From positions 1-56,421 of the forward strand of contig JYFJ02002470.1 of the NCBI GenBank assembly GCA_000934665.2: DNA of 56,421 nucleotides. The letters run 5' to 3'. How positions within the stretch are numbered: position 1 is the first letter of the stretch; every line of letters starts with the position of its first letter. The stretch comes from Catajapyx aquilonaris (lineage: Eukaryota). Made by a program: the position numbers and the translations under genes. A model generated the notes under the pieces. That model made no database searches. It was not told where the DNA came from and saw only the letters and a program-made list of their open reading frames with translations. This document shows positions 12,377 to 26,320 of the stretch, in pieces.

Positions 12377-15300
12377 CATTAGAAACAAACAAGAATTTGA
12401 AAGCATTTTACTTTGTTTTTAAAATTTTTTAAACACATCACCTGAAGCTGATGAAACATATGTACAAAACACTATAGCTCTACATTACGACCTTCGCAAT
12501 GAGGTATTACTCTCCACTACGCCTAAAGAACGATATTTGCGCTTTAATTACCTCGCTGACAGCAAACCCGACATACGCCCGGATCCAGCATATTATATGA
12601 TCCTGTCCTAATTTTTTGTTTTGCTCTTTCATTAATGACCACATGCCCAGCCCCAGAATCATTAGAGAATCAAACCAAGTGTGAAAAACAGAGAACGTTC
12701 TGCGAACGTTCGTGCCTTGCACTGAGGAAACGCATATTGACTTTCTGCTGTCACGCAGCTGCTAGGTCCTGCTGACATCTTGCTGCAAACCAGAGAGAGT
12801 TACAGACACCGCCCATCTATATATATAGGGGCTCACTTTTATCAGACTGGTGTAAGAAGCGTGGCATTACCGTTTGCCAGAGTGGTAAGGCTTCACAAAC
12901 ACAATTAGCACAAATGGGGCCTTTTCGCGGTTACATATAATCAAAGTGCACAACACTGTGCACCTGCTGCAAAAGCTGGACAAACAAATCCGACCACTCT
13001 CAACCGTTAAGACTTAACATGTGAACCCGGTTCCAACCAGGCCTGTCCAATTTGCAAATAAATTCCAGGCATTTGACTGTTGTTGCAGTCGTGGATGCTT
13101 CATCACGGTTCTTGTCCAGTTACCATCCAGCAGGTACTGGCTTTGCAAATTTATGTGATGTGCTGCCTTTTGTATGTGTGTGTGTGACGTAAACAATCAT
13201 TAGCAGGCTGAAAGTCTATTATTGACTCTGTATAACGCCTCGAATATAAGCAGAGGGGAGATAGTGCGAATACCGATACTGATATGTTACATTGTAGTTT
13301 GCATACTTGGTGCCTAAAATGGTGCTCAAATTCTGCATATGCTAAGTACTGGAATGTGGGAGCGGTGCAGTTCAAAATTGGGACCCTCGATGATGGGAGA
13401 TGGAAAATGCCAGGACATGGCATGCTCCAAATTCTCAGCTGGTGAGCAGCAGGTGTAAAATTAAATTGGTGTTGAAAAAATTCTGGATTGAACTAATAAC
13501 ACTGCATGTAAATATTATTCAAAATTAATGGATTACAGCCTATAGGAGATTGCTTGGAGGATGGAATATAATAAAGGCGAAATTGTCTAAATCAAATAGG
13601 ATAATTTCGTGTCGGAATATGGCAAGGATACTACGTCCCAGAAGACCTGCGTACCTTCAGGAACACACTGTATATGAGTACTAACAAATACTTGGTATCG
13701 TAATAAAATAATAATCTTAACAAAACATGTGTTGATATTTCACTGTGCCAACTTTTTTACAAATTAATTTTTGTCACAAACTAGCAATTGGAATCACAAC
13801 ATTATCACTCCATATATGAGATCACTTTGGTTATTTCAGGCAATTGAATTTAAAAATTCATATGTTTTTAATAGGAAGTAACATCGCGTGCATAACGTAT
13901 AGATATACACGTGGACCACCAAGACGATACACGCCAATTTTCCCATATACAGTCATAAAACTGGCCAATAAAACATTATGCAAGACTTCTTTTACTTCAA
14001 CATCATGCACAGTGATTGTCGTAAAAGTCAACACCGTGTGAGATACATGCAAAGCGATGCATTTCGCCTGACAAAGTGCACAGCAACATCAAACTTTCGC
14101 AACCATTCCTGCAGGCCAAGTTGCATTTGAAAAGCAGGATTCCAGCACATCCGAGTCGTCGTACCCTCAGAACTACTTTGGCGGTGAAGTAGGCTACTTA
14201 CATGGGCACTGTATGACTATCTGGGACGTTTTATGACTCCCGCGCACCGATATTTATATTTGAAGACCACGGAAACGTGATGAGGCAAATTACATCACAT
14301 GTAATGGTAGTTTGTGGTCCTTGTGCCGGTTTCCTCCCAGATGCAAACCAGCCTCCCCCGTGATAATACGCGTTCTCAGATATATACGTGGCCATTTCCG
14401 GAGCAATTATTGCAGAATTGCTAATGGTTAGCGGTAATAGGTAGTCACTGAAGTTTATTTGGCACCCTACTTAATTCCCTCAATGATCGCAAGGCCACTT
14501 TTTCCCCCCTTTCTCTCCCCATCCCATCTCCCCTGTGCCCAAACATGGCCGACATGTGCACGAATTCTAGCTCTTTGCATACAGCCAATCGAGAGCTCAA
14601 TCGCCATTACCCAGGCTCTAAAAATACTTCCACCAATACACACGGCAGAGCCTTGCGAAATAGAAGATTAGGCTTGCAATAACTCAACACGTTCCACTTT
14701 AGCCAGGGGAAACGAACTACAGGCAAGTAAACACAGTCGTGTAACTTTGGGGCAACAATATTCGCTACATCAAACAGGCAGGAAGTTTTCTGATGCCACT
14801 AGCTATAGTCGAGTTAACTGGAATAATTAGTAAACGAGGCCAACTTAATTTGGAAGTAGAAAATGAGATTAGGCCAATAATGAAAGTAAAGAGGTCTTGC
14901 ACTTCACCTAATACCGCCGTCTAAATGTCTCCATTAGTTGTCTTCAGCCTGAGAACGTTAAGCGAAACTGTTAGTGGCATCTCGAGATAATAATGCGTGA
15001 TAATAGCCTATCATGTTAATTACTAACAACTTCTAAAACCACGGTTAATATTCTTGTCCTGAAAATCATCAAAATGTGCACAAGGCCCGAGGGGGTTAAG
15101 AAATGCGGCCATTCATCACCGCAGCTTTAGTATATCGCTCATCTTCACTTAAGTAAGTGCACCGAGTACATTCACACGCAATGCAGGCAACATTTCAGAA
15201 GGCTACCAGAATCATAACACGTCGGTTCATTCAAGGTTTCGTGATCAGGCTACTTGATGTAATTATCGTATATTACAAGACTGAATGAACATAAATCAGA

Positions 15301-18300
15301 TTGTGACACTTCTCCGATAAAATGTCAGACATTGGATGGTCAATATTGATTGACTCTCATGGCAATGATTTATTAGACTAAAAGTAATTATTTTTGATGA
15401 CGTCAGTTCACATTCACTGTATGATAACTGTTGTGAAAGATAAATGTTAGATTTCCTAAGAGGTCTATGGGTGTCTGGAGAAACTGGTTGATTGCCTAAT
15501 GAATAATACTGTAATTGTACCCAGGTCTTGCATATAAATGTCGGGCCTCCTGCAGTAACATATCGAATTTGGCAGTTATGTGGGGTCCTGCCATCTTGTG
15601 CATATTTGCGGTTGTGCTGGACACAATCGCATATCTTGTGTGTAGGCCCTATACATTTTCACGCGGAGAAGAGTTGTCCAGACTTTTTATCATAAAATAT
15701 ATTGGATATGTACTCTCTCTTCCTCCTCTCTCGGGATAGAAATTATTACGCATTTCTAATGCACCTTTCTACTTCTAGCAATTTCGTGATAATAATTATA
15801 TACGTTACTCATTAAACCGATCCATATACGTATATATAGACACGGTAAAGGCATAGGCCTAATGTACATAACACACCATGTTGTTATATAAATATTAACA
15901 TCTGCAGGTATTACGTTTATGTATTATCCAATAAAAACATAAGTGCCAATAGCACCCGGATATGCTGCAGGTGCATATTACTGTAGTCAACATTCTTATA
16001 TATGAAAGAACAAAAGGCAAGACACAAAGTGTGAGTGACATTGTATAAAATATAAGAAGTGAAAATCGGAGCGTTTCCCAGACTGGAACTAATATTTCTT
16101 TGCTTTTCACAAGAGGATTCACTATATTAAAGCTCTAATTTGACAACATATTACTGTAATCGCTTAATCTCGGGCAGTCGTCATTCAAATAGGCGGAACT
16201 TCCAAGAATTTATTTGCACCGCGGCTCTTGTCTAAAGTGCAGGAAGCAAGGTCTGGTGCTCTCAAGATCACAAAAGTGTGAAGAAAAATTGCATATAAAC
16301 AACAAAAATCGTACCGCCCAGGAAGACACTGGCATGTGTTCAACACTTTTCTTTGTAGACCAATGTTACGAAATTTTATTGTAAATGTATAAATTTTGCG
16401 ATTTAAAAATTGATAAATATACCCCAAGTGTAGTAATTAACTTCATTATTGAATTTCGTTAGTAGGAAATTTACGTATAGCCTATACCAATCCATTACGT
16501 TTCTTCACCGCACTACTTAAACGTATCCACTAAAAGGACACAAAGTTACCCAATAGCAGTAAAGAATAAGTGAAGGTCAGAGCATGACACTGATTGTTTC
16601 TGGCACTGCACCCTTATGTGCCAGCTCTTCACAAAAAAAAAAATGCTGGCGTCATAGTCTCATTTTCAATCAAATTTTGTTGCACAAGTTGCACTAAATG
16701 GAAACTGGCCCCCTACATGTGGTAGGAACATGCCACAACAGCCCTGGTAAACCAAGCTAATGCATGCTATGCGTTGATGCAAACCCACATCATGTCAGAC
16801 CATAGAGTCAATGCAACGGAAACCAATCCTATCACGTGCAAACTCACACACACGTGCAACCCTTGCAGCCACGACATCCCCATGCACAAAAATGTGCTGC
16901 GGAGGTTGCATGCGGATGGTAACCTTCGTCAGCCAAAATGGCTAGTTGTCAGCTGCCGTCGACAAAATGAGCTCAAATTGCATGAACCTTCAACAATATA
17001 CGATGAGTGTGCAGAAGTTGCAAAAACGGATATCCTGTTATAGACTTTGCTGAAACTATTCTAAATTATATTCTAATTATTTTTGCAGTAGTAGCCTATA
17101 GTACGTATAAAAACGAATGATTAAACAAGGCACATTAAGGATCTCTCGAAAGGCCCCAACTGTTCAACTACCCACCACTTCTCAAGAGAATTGTGAAATA
17201 AGTGCACCACCCACGTTGGGCTGCAAGTCCCCCTAATCAAGTTAGTAACATGGAGAGGAGGGTAGGACTCCCATCATATTTTATGCAGGTCGCAGCTAAA
17301 AAAAACAGATGGTTGGACCCAAATGAGTTCTTTCCACGGACGTTTGCGCTGTCAGCTTCCATTGTTGTGCCTGTATTTAAGAGCATTATGAGTCCTGTGA
17401 GTACAGGCGTTTGGTCGGAGGGACAGTTCTGGTCAACTTATACCCAAAGCTTCATTTGGGCTCTGTTCATAAAAAGTTGCCGGCCTACCAAAATAAAGTA
17501 TCCCCCTTCCACATACACAACGAACACTCCCCAAAATATACGAGTCACGGGCGTACAATATTCTGCGCGTTCTAATTAAACGGTTCCTTGAATATACTCT
17601 GATCGTGTACCGTCTATACTATTCGTGTATGCCTCTCAATTGCTTCCAACACTAATTCAAAGACCATCTATTAGGCTTCTGCAATATTTGAGTCGGAAAG
17701 GGAAAGAAAAATTCAACAATTTTAGGTGTGTATTACTGAGATAAAAGAGTTGCATGCATGTAAATGTCTAGCAGAACAAAGGACATGAAGTTTTACTACG
17801 CTATAACAAACGTGATGCAGCAACAATTAAAATAGGGGGGACCTATATAAACGTCCGTTTTGGGACGAGCGTCAGAAATTTGTGCACGAGTATATAGAGG
17901 GTGCTGGTCGAGTCCAAAGTTGACAAAAATACAACCTGCAATTCTAGTTTTAATCTAATCAGTCACAGCAATGTTCAATGCCCTTATAGGAGATTACTAA
18001 TTCTTGCACGAATCTTTGTAAAACAGTCATGAGCTCTGTAATGTTTCGAAGACGTTACTCAGCGCTTTTCACGGTCCATTCCGCCAAAACTTCGCAATTT
18101 CTGCATGTCATTTGCAAAGTGCAGATTCAAGCATGAAAAAGCTAAATGTTAAATCTGGTTTGGCCAGACACGGTCACTATATACATATATAATCACTTTT
18201 CTGCATTGTCAAAGAGATGAATGGCGTGCCTGATGCGGGCTTCAACAGAATGATTACACTGCACATCAAATTTTATGCACGTCGCTTTTGCAAAAAGTTA

Positions 18301-21111
18301 TGGGATAATGTGTTGCGACAGCAGTTTCTCTGTATTCAGCTGGATGCTTCCTGCATTCTGAGGCAAATGAATTCAGATTCCGAGGAGGACTCAGGGATTA
18401 TGTAATATCATTTTACTTGCTTAACATTTGCATGCTCTCACAAGGTTTTCTCCGCAGTTTTCCCTCAATTTCAAATGCGTCTATTGACTCACACATTGAT
18501 TCCAGCAAAATTGCTAATATAACTTCAAGAATTGAGCTATTAAGTCAGCTGATTTAAAAATCCGAAAAATTACTTAGTCCTGTTTTAATAAAACACAAAT
18601 CAGCCTGGTAGATGCTATAAACAACACATAATTTCTAATCATGAACACATCCACGCCCAAGATCAATCTGAACCATCTTCCGCGCAGTTACATTCGCGAA
18701 TCTACATTACTGTTAAATGAGGATCTTCGTTGCAAAATGGACCATCTCATTCTGATGTGAGCTCCTTAAGGAACGAGAAGTCGAAAAGGCTTTGAGTGGA
18801 ATGTCGCAGGAACAGGGTGGGTTCCATCCAAGCCATGTAGCCCAAGATATCAGAAAATGGCTACAACATTTCTGATTCCGGACAAAGATATATATATAAG
18901 CAGCAGACATCCCAGAGAGAAGTGCTCCCCAATTTCATAGAATTTAACTTATTGGGAATGGAGCAGGGGGCGAGAATGTGCAGTAGAGAACATGAGCAGA
19001 CAAGAGTGCCATTAGGTCCTAGTGTTCGACCCCACCAGACCGGAACGACGGAATGATTGCCAGCAGTTTGAATCGTTCCCCAAAGATAGCTTCCCATACT
19101 TGATTCCTTCCCTAGTCGCTCCAACTTATAATGCATTGCCAGTTCTAGGAAGGTAAACTAGGTAGTTACAGGAGATACGGTGTTATAGGTACTGGCATTG
19201 TTTCCTGTTGAATATTTTTTGGCGAAGGAAAATTGGCCCAATTCGGACCAAAAGGGGTGTCACTGTTTGGTCAGCCTCATTTTACGCGGATTGAGTTACA
19301 TTTGTGTGCGGCATAGATGCCACCGCATCTAATCGTCCAGAATTTATGGATTCCATTTTTTGGGGTAATGGGCCAATAATGGTCTGCACTTCGCATTGAC
19401 GCTCGCCATGACACCTTTTTCCGATTGCTGTGAAATGCTTCATGTTGCGAACAACGATTTTCACTCATGTTGCCGGCCCAGATATTGACGGACATTGGAT
19501 GAAATTGGCCTTCTACTCTATTTAGAGCAGGTTTTCAACGCTATGCTCGCAGCTAATTAATAGGGTCAAGTATACTCATCCTCCATTAAGGAAAAGTAAT
19601 CTGCATCATAGCCTATTCACTTAATTTCGTAATATCCTGCCTGTGCAACTAATTTGGGTATACAAAAAATATTTTGTAATTACATTTAAGTCCGACTTTG
19701 AACTGTTGATATTTTTGTTCTTTAGGAGGCCTTTTTTCGCCTTTTCGTAATATTTTTTTGCATCTTTAGATCGTTAAAAATAATTTTTGATCCTAACATT
19801 CAGTAAGAAAGTTCCATATAATTGGGAAAACTCCAGGAGTCTGGCTATATCCGAAGAAACAAATCCCTACCACCTGTCAGCGACGCATGCGCTGCCGCCT
19901 TATAGAGGAGAGACGCCCAATAAGGAGCAGGGAGCGTTCCTTTCTAACTGGGAAATTCATGACCATTTAAATATTATTACTACTAAAATAGTCGTATTAA
20001 GTTAATTGTGGGGTAGAAAATGTTGGAATGCCAGCAATACCTAATTCGGCCTTATATTGGCAGAAATATTTCGCAAGGGGCCAAAAATATGGACAAGTAT
20101 TTTGCCGACGTATTTTTGTCACTATATTGTTGCCAGAATCTTGTCAGTTATCTTTATAATAGTGTATTTAACACACTATAAATAAAGCACGATACTTTGC
20201 AAAAATAATACTGGGATATTTCGAAGAAAAAATAGTAAAATATACCTAAAGTCAGTTCAAAATGGGCCAATACATTTTATTACCAAATATTGAGTAAATC
20301 AAGCCGAAATGGATCAATTCTAAATTGTCTATATTTTTAAAATTATTAGTAATTAAAATGTGTAAAAATTTGCGAAATTATTGCCAAAATTTCCATTCAA
20401 AGTTGCTTGATACTACAGGCAAGTTTCCATATAATCAACATGGCTTGCAACAATTTAACCATTTATGTTCAATACATCATAATAAATTCAGCCGACTGCA
20501 ACCTATAGTATTATCCTGTTTGTCTCTTCTATTCAGTCCATCCTCTATTACTTGTATTCTATAGGTTTCTTTCCCTCTCAATATTATAAGATGAATCAAA
20601 AGCATCCCAGCAACAGAAAAAAAATGGATCGTTTAAGCCAAAACTTTTGTGCTGCCGCAGTCAAAACTTTTATCCCACTGGTCTTGACGTCCCCATCATT
20701 TCTGGGCAAAACAATTATTATTGCTGAAAAGTTGGCATGGTTTCCGCACAGAAATAATTCATGTGCATGCCCCCTCCATTTGACCTGCAGTCCATATAGT
20801 CCTCCCCCTTCCATCCCATCTCCCATTCTCCAGGATGGCGGAATGCACGAGAGCAATCTCCAGCCGAGAGACGAAGGCAGTAGAGTATATAAGTCTCCGA
20901 GCCCAAGCTGCACTTCCACTGCGCAAGAAAAATTGTCCAATTTCTCTAAGTTGCGCGATGCGGCACCGGCCTCTAAGCAAGCCTAGGGAAGCATGAAATA
21001 AAGCGGCATGCTGGGAGATGGGGAGAGGAGTAGAAGGGGGGGGAGGTTTTGAAGGAGGGAGGGGCGGAAGATGCCCTGATGCTGCCTTTCTCGTGATGAC
21101 CCAACTTACAG

Positions 21112-21336
21112 ATGAAGAGACTCTCCGTGCGTTTCTTTATTATCTTTCTTGGCTTGGTCTTCCCGGTGATAGCAGCGTCTGCAACGACGGTATGGGGAGC
21201 ATCTAGTCCATCGTTCAGCCCTCCCTGCAGCCAGCAATATTGTCCATTTGGCCCGATCTCCTTTCTGCCTCGCCACCACCCAGATGGCTCCTGGCGGACA
21301 ACTTCGTATATAGATGGCCGCCCAACGGCCCTATGA
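21112..21336 (+). CDS. Candidate 74 aa small secreted peptide
   Basis: MKR plus a hydrophobic stretch plus A-S-A resembles a signal peptide. TATATAA at 20886. No homology recognised. Confidence 0.25.
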   Translation: MKRLSVRFFIIFLGLVFPVIAASATTVWGASSPSFSPPCSQQYCPFGPISFLPRHHPDGSWRTTSYIDGRPTAL

Positions 21337-21372
21337 GGTCAGCCCTGTGCACACACCCACCAAACACCCCCC

Positions 21373-21375
21373 NNN
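21373..21375. other. Ambiguous bases / assembly gap (another N at 22386)
   Basis: NNN between poly-C and poly-A runs. Confidence 0.95.
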
Positions 21376-24300
21376 AAAAAAAAAAAAAAAAAAAAAACGG
21401 GGCAGCCATCTTCTGGCTGGGTAGAACGAATCAGCATGTTTTTGACTAAACATGTAGGGTAGCAATCTTCCCTGTGTGCAGGGGTTGAACATGGGTGTGC
21501 CTGAGTGCAGGCATAAATCCAGTGGCGCACATCAAATGCCATGGTGCGAGTGGCAAAGTTCGCTTGTGGAAAGGCAACCGGCGCCGTTATGGAAGCGTCC
21601 TCATGTAGACGCCGCCACAGCTCCAAATGAGTAGTTCCTGGCAAATGCAGTTTTCTCTTCTCTTGCGGAACCCAAGCAAAGTTATAGGAATGTGAAAATG
21701 ACGGGTCCGACGGCGCCTGCAGCCTCCCCAGGCTCTCTGACTCGCAAGAATTTCGTTGGTACAATGAGGGGCTTCTGGGCCTGCTCGGTGAATATTTCAT
21801 TGAAACGACGCCCACTCCTTCTTTTATCGGAACACAGTCGAATAAAAAGTTACAACGATCATCCCAGTTTTTCTAGAGTGCATGAAGCAAACTGGAGTCA
21901 TCTTCATCTCGCTTCTCTGACGGAATCGAGCAGCCATTTTTTTCTGTTCCACCCTGCATGTTCTGGATCGATATGGCGGCCATGTCATTCGACACCGACT
22001 GCAGGGGTTGGTGTGAGGCGGGAAAAAAAGACAAAGGACAAACCTTTTTTTGTACCGGTCCAATATTGTCTAAGGCGAACTATGTTGTCCTGCGTCAACA
22101 ATGTCCCTTGGAAATATTTGCTTGTCGACTGTGAGTGCGCAATCAGCCAGAATATGAGGGAATATTTATTGGAAACACAGCCTTCCAGTGCGGGCGTTTT
22201 TACTGGCCCTCCTAATCGTCCGATGAAAATCTATATCCATTTCAAACTTTAATGTCTCCTAAACTCGACGTGCTATTGTGGGAAAATCATGGGACGTCTC
22301 AATTAACACCGAGACCTCTTCTTTTTTTAAAAACTCTAACCACCAAACGATTACCACAGGCAGAAATCGCCCTCTAGAACCCCCCNCCCCCCCCCACACA
22401 TCTCAATCTGCCTGTGCAAATTTTTAGTAGTGATTTGGGAAAGGGAAATGTAATTTTTGGCCTTATTTGATTTGGGGGTGAAGCGGTGAATAGAAAGCTC
22501 AGGATATGATATACCTCCCCATCTATAGTCCATGCAAGCAAAACGTCTTTGCCACAGGCTCCTGTCGCATGTAATGAAGCGGTAAGTATTCTTCTCACTT
22601 TCCTTCTCTCCAGGAAGATCTTTACGAGAAAATGAACTCCATTCTTCATCAAACGCAGTAATGGTCCTTCTCCTATGCTTTTCGCCCCCAAGCTCGCCGT
22701 CCCAGCCACGTTATTTCTGCCAAGTCCTTGAATACTGAAAGCCTATTTATTAAGGAAGTATCTCCGTGTTATATTCTGACAAAACTGCCGTCTGATATGC
22801 AACGGAGACGCCATCGTTTGGCTTGACGAGATCGACCTCCCCAAACATGCTTGTCCTTTCGTGTCGCGTAATGAACCCTGATATGTAGGCTACCATAGAA
22901 TCCGACAGCCCCATGCTATAATAAGGCGGCAAGAAAATTCTATAGATAAGTTGGATAGAGGTTGTGCATGACAAGTCGACGGTTGCTATAATGCGGGTAG
23001 CATGATTGAGGCTGAAACAATCGCGGCATGAAATTGCAATTTTCCCAGGCCACCGGCAAAAGCAACCGAGCGAAAAGAGCATTGGCACGTTTCTCGTGCG
23101 GAAATTATTACTCTCATTCCTGTCAAGAATTACGCATTTCGGCTTCTGTTTTGCTACCCTCGCTACCATCCAACACCAGGTATAACAAAAACCCCCGCTA
23201 AAACATTAGCTCCGCTTGATGCCATTATGAGGACATATTCGACTCCAGAAGTGACATGCAACGTGTCATCTAAACTTCCATTTCAATTCATTTGTTACAT
23301 ATCGCGTACACACTGGCACAATTTGTCATTTATTATTGATAATCTGCGCTGGTTTGATTAGAGGATTTATGGCCGCTTATGTACGGTATAGTTTATGTGC
23401 TACATTTTAATTGGGATTCAAGCGGAAATGAACCGTCATTCAGGATCGGGTTATGCTATTTTCATATGTCTGCCTCGCGGGCATTTTTGTTGATCATGCT
23501 AAGAATTCGACGCGACATTTGACATTTTCTAGGCCTATTCTTAATCCGTATAAGGAGGTAAATTTCAGTCACATAAATAGTAGTCTTCCGACCATGCAAA
23601 TGCCATTCGGACTGAACCCTCCACATCCTACAGCAGCACTGAATCCAGTGTACCCACACACACTAGTATAGTAGAAAATTGTGCGTACTTACCACTCATA
23701 TGACGTCATGCAGAGTCACGTGGTCTCACCCCCTCAGTTCCAACCGCAAAAACCAGTGCTGAAGTTGCGCTGGGGCCATGCAGACACCCGAGCGCAGGGG
23801 TTCTGCAAAGATCAAAAATGGTGGACGTTGGTGGGCAAAATAGAGGAGAAGAGAGAAAAAGAGACAGAGGCAGAGGCAGGCAGGCAGCAGAGGACGGGAG
23901 CTCAGGGAAATGGCGGCGGGCGCCTTTGGCTTCCCCTTTTCCCTATGTTGGTGGGCAGAGCATTCACTATACCTTTACTGCCTCTCGGGAGGTTTATGGG
24001 CAACGGAGAAATACCATGCAAGCCCATTATAGTCCAAATGTCCCAGTCTTGCCAGCCCAAAGAATTTTGCGCCCACCATGTGCAGGATAAGGGATGTTAG
24101 GGGATGGATGGAGAGGAGAATAGGATTTTCCCCCCCTCCCATATACCCTGAATGGGGGAGGGTGTGCTTGTATCTATCATGGAGTCTTCTTACCTTGCAC
24201 GTCTTGGGGGTACTGCAGGATTATGCACTGCATCCCAGACTGCCTATGCAAGACAACAACGGACGCTTCAGGGCACATAAAAATGAGAATGATAGCATAC

Positions 24301-26260
24301 ACCGTACTCTTGGGTATGATTTCTCCAAATATGCTCTTATATGGTAATGGCGACTGGCTTGATGTTATAATTTGGTTGCATATAGATTTATGTCTTGATG
24401 AACGCTTATAGCCAGTCTGTAATTTGCATGAGAATTATACTGGTCAGGCTATATATTCACAAACTTATGAACTGCTAATGCTACACTTCGTGACATTAAT
24501 TTGAAGAAAACAGCTGAATTGCAATACTGTAATATACTACCAAAATATTGGCTACATTTGCGTTACTATATACTGGCATCATGTACGATTCAGTCTAAGT
24601 CAATTGTAATCATAATAGGCTATTTTTATTCCTCAATATGAATGCAGAAATTACTGTTATAGACCTATTAATAAACACTTATGGCTAAAACTATCAATAA
24701 ATATTTATTTATCGGCATGTCTGCAATGTGGCGTTCAGCCTATATTTGCAGGTCAGGCGCTTGATCCCAGACAGTACACTACATTGAATGCCACCATACA
24801 CTGACGCATTATCGGTGGTCTACATAAAAATATGTCATTAGCGATTACAGCAAAGAAGGTCAACAACCCAAAGATCATGGTTGTAAGTTATAAGAATTTT
24901 CATGTGTGAGTGTTGATCTTGCTGAAATGAAATTTGTACCCTGATTGTGGTGAACCAAATTCCCACGTTGATAGATGTAGCCTCTGCATAAATGAATATC
25001 AGAAGAAATATTCATTTTTTATGAATTTATCACAGGTTATGAGTGGATCCGAGATCCAATGTACTGTAGGTAAAATAATTAACACCTAAAGACCAATGAG
25101 ACTAGCCTAAATATATAGGCCATTATGGTAAATTCGAATGGAAAATTTGATGAAACTTGATAGCACCAAGCCTTTTTGTGCTTGAAATTTGGCTAAATTT
25201 TCTCACAAAAACAATCATCCGTCTTATTATAGATAATAATTCGTCATAGTAAAATCCTAATTATCTCTGATGCATATTAATGTGTCTTAATACGTCATTG
25301 TATGACATTGTCACTGTCAGATATATCCTATATGCAAAATTTTATCTCACTTTATTGTTAATAGAGATAAGAAAATAAGAATAAACTAAATTTCAGTCGT
25401 GAACATTTTGCAGGTAATTGCTATAAAATACAGCAGTATTTGCATAAGGTACCGCTCCAAATTGGTTGTTTAATAACAAATATTTCTGAATTTCTATTGC
25501 TTCGAACGCGAATCATAAGTTTAAAAGAAAAGGTCATTCTGCAACTAACTTTGTTTCTTATATCACAGTTTAACTCGTTAGGTCGTTCCTGATTTCATGC
25601 TTCCAGCCTCAAAAATATGTAAAGTAGCAACACTGTAGTCAACTATATTGTAAGTGTATAATAGTACAAGTATTGATAATAACACCTTTTTTGAAAAACA
25701 TTTCAGCTGGGCCCATTATATACTCACCAGAGCTTTGATAATACAATGGCGAACATTTTTTGACACAATAACACCTATCACGTTTATGAGACTAAGGGCG
25801 GGTTGAATTATAGCAAACTAGTAACTTATATGAATCTATACGCATAGGTGTTCTCAATATAGTGTAAGATTTCCTCGTTCCTTAATTTGTGTTGACGCAA
25901 CCGGCCGTGCGTCTATATAAAAGTGCACATTTATTTCAGAAATACAAGAAATTTTCACGCATGTGCAAACAACAAATTGCACTTCTTAATTCGATGAACT
26001 TTTACATAGCCCATTGTTAATACGTGATGAATTTCAGCATAAACGAGAAAATGCGGACAAAATTATATATTTCCAATCCGATGCAGCAAATGAATCGCTC
26101 TGCTTTTTTCTCTCGTTGCATCATAATGGTTAGCCTTTATAAATTCATGCCAATTATTTTCTGGACTAACTACATGAATTTTTATTATAATTATAATTTG
26201 TTGCACCTAACTTGATTTCAAATTAAAATTACTGGAACACAACTATGAAAATATATTTTG

Positions 26261-26320
26261 CAATTTACACGAATATTCCAAAGTCTCGCAACCTTATTGA
26301 TGGAGGATTCGTGTAAATTG
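26261..26320. repeat. Short inverted repeat (14 bp arms)
   Basis: CAATTTACACGAAT / ATTCGTGTAAATTG. Confidence 0.6.
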
